DNA from: Mycobacterium tuberculosis H37Rv
Lineage (GTDB): Bacteria > Actinomycetota > Actinomycetes > Mycobacteriales > Mycobacteriaceae
Direction: 5' to 3'
Assembly: GCF_000195955.2 (NCBI RefSeq)
Contig: NC_000962.3
Span: 1,110,001-1,142,000 of the forward strand
Length of the DNA stretch: 32,000 nt
Part shown: positions 28,315 to 32,000 of the stretch, piece after piece
How positions within the stretch are numbered: the first letter of the stretch is position 1
Layout of the letters: each line of letters begins with the position of its first letter
The notes under the pieces: generated by a model
What the model was told of the DNA's origin: nothing
Database searches by the model: none
What the model saw: the letters and a program-made list of their open reading frames with translations, nothing else
Translations under genes and position numbers: made by a program

Positions 28315-28908
28315 ATGACGGGGACCGAGCGCCGTCACCAGCTCATCGGCATCGCGCGATCGCTGTTTGCCGAACGCGGTTACGACGGGACGTCGATCGA
28401 AGAGATCGCGCAGCGCGCCAACGTATCCAAGCCGGTCGTCTACGAACATTTCGGTGGCAAGGAGGGCCTGTACGCGGTGGTGGTCGATCGGGAGATGTCG
28501 GCGCTGCTGGACGGAATCACCTCGTCGCTGACCAACAACCGATCCCGGGTGCGGGTGGAGCGGGTCGCGCTGGCGTTGCTGACCTACGTCGAGGAACGCA
28601 CCGACGGCTTCCGCATCATGATTCGCGACTCGCCGGCCTCGATCAGCTCGGGCACCTATTCCAGCCTGCTCAACGACGCCGTCAGCCAGGTCAGCTCGAT
28701 TCTGGCTGGAGACTTCGCCCGGCGCGGCCTGGACCCGGACCTGGCACCGCTGTATGCGCAAGCATTGGTGGGTTCGGTGTCGATGACGGCGCAATGGTGG
28801 CTCGATGCGCGCGAACCGAAGAAGGAAGTGGTGGCCGCGCACCTGGTCAACCTGGTCTGGAATGGCCTGACCCACCTGGAGGCCGATCCGCGGCTACAGG
28901 ACGAGTAG
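28315..28908 (+). CDS. TetR-family transcriptional regulator (197 aa from ATG 28315; 219 aa if GTG 28249)
   Basis: HTH TSIEEIAQRANVSKPVVYEHFGGKEGLY near the N-terminus. Recognised from memory as Rv1019. Confidence 0.92.
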   Translation: MTGTERRHQLIGIARSLFAERGYDGTSIEEIAQRANVSKPVVYEHFGGKEGLYAVVVDREMSALLDGITSSLTNNRSRVRVERVALALLTYVEERTDGFRIMIRDSPASISSGTYSSLLNDAVSQVSSILAGDFARRGLDPDLAPLYAQALVGSVSMTAQWWLDAREPKKEVVAAHLVNLVWNGLTHLEADPRLQDE

Positions 28909-28951
28909 CGGGCGGGGAAGCCGGGCCCAATGTTGACTAACCTCGGCGCCC

Positions 28952-28957
28952 TAGAAT
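28952..28957 (+). promoter_or_regulatory. Candidate -10 TAGAAT for mfd (3-nt leader)
   Basis: TANNNT. Predicted +1 at A28964, ATG at 28967. Confidence 0.35.
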
Positions 28958-28966
28958 GGCCGCATC

Positions 28967-32000
<3,034 letters not shown>

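Noticed and set aside
28933-28957. TTGACT ... TAGAAT as a canonical -35/-10 promoter
   Set aside because: The spacer is only 13 nt against the 16-18 nt required, so only the -10 hexamer is retained as a candidate.

Overview
This is a high-GC (about 65%) actinobacterial core chromosome. From memory, without any search, I recognise the gene order and proteins as the Mycobacterium tuberculosis complex segment Rv0993 (galU 3' end) to Rv1020 (mfd, first ~3 kb). I can support 28 solid CDS, one orphan 83-aa CDS, one doubtful 97-aa CDS, one SAM-methyltransferase pseudogene and two tRNAs (Ala-CGC, Gln-UUG). The content is mostly housekeeping: moeA1, rimJ, the cAMP-dependent acetyltransferase, an alkB-like gene, arcA, pmt, rsmI, pabB, metS, tatD, rpfB-ksgA-ispE, the acyl-AMP ligase pks16, pth-rplY-lpqT-prsA-glmU, a TetR regulator and mfd. 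I found no IS element, integrase, prophage, CRISPR array, restriction/defence gene or toxin-antitoxin pair, so I do not claim a new self-contained system. Eight items deserve a second look. (1) The moeA1-GNAT-membrane protein block may be the gephyrin-like Glp/GlpR divisome module. (2) A methyltransferase is killed by a single in-frame TAG, and its antisense shadow is a 143-aa ORF, inside a decayed tRNA-Ala-proximal segment. (3) Two divergent gene pairs (pmt/rsmI and metS/tatD) have start codons exactly 26 bp apart around a symmetric A-N3-TA-N3-T element, suggesting back-to-back leaderless promoters. Several other TANNNT-plus-start-codon arrangements imply start-site revisions. (4) The rpfB leader carries a canonical intrinsic terminator (an RNA switch, ligand unknown). 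(5) The glmU Shine-Dalgarno and ATG sit 15 nt behind tRNA-Gln on the same strand. (6) The envelope protein 10889..12112 contains an elastin-like (IPGIG)n 15-bp VNTR and 81-bp repeats. (7) A perfect 22-bp bidirectional terminator lies between pks16 and pth. (8) Several AT-rich tandem or palindromic boxes have no assigned regulator. All coordinates were derived by hand from the sequence. Start codons in particular are hypotheses.
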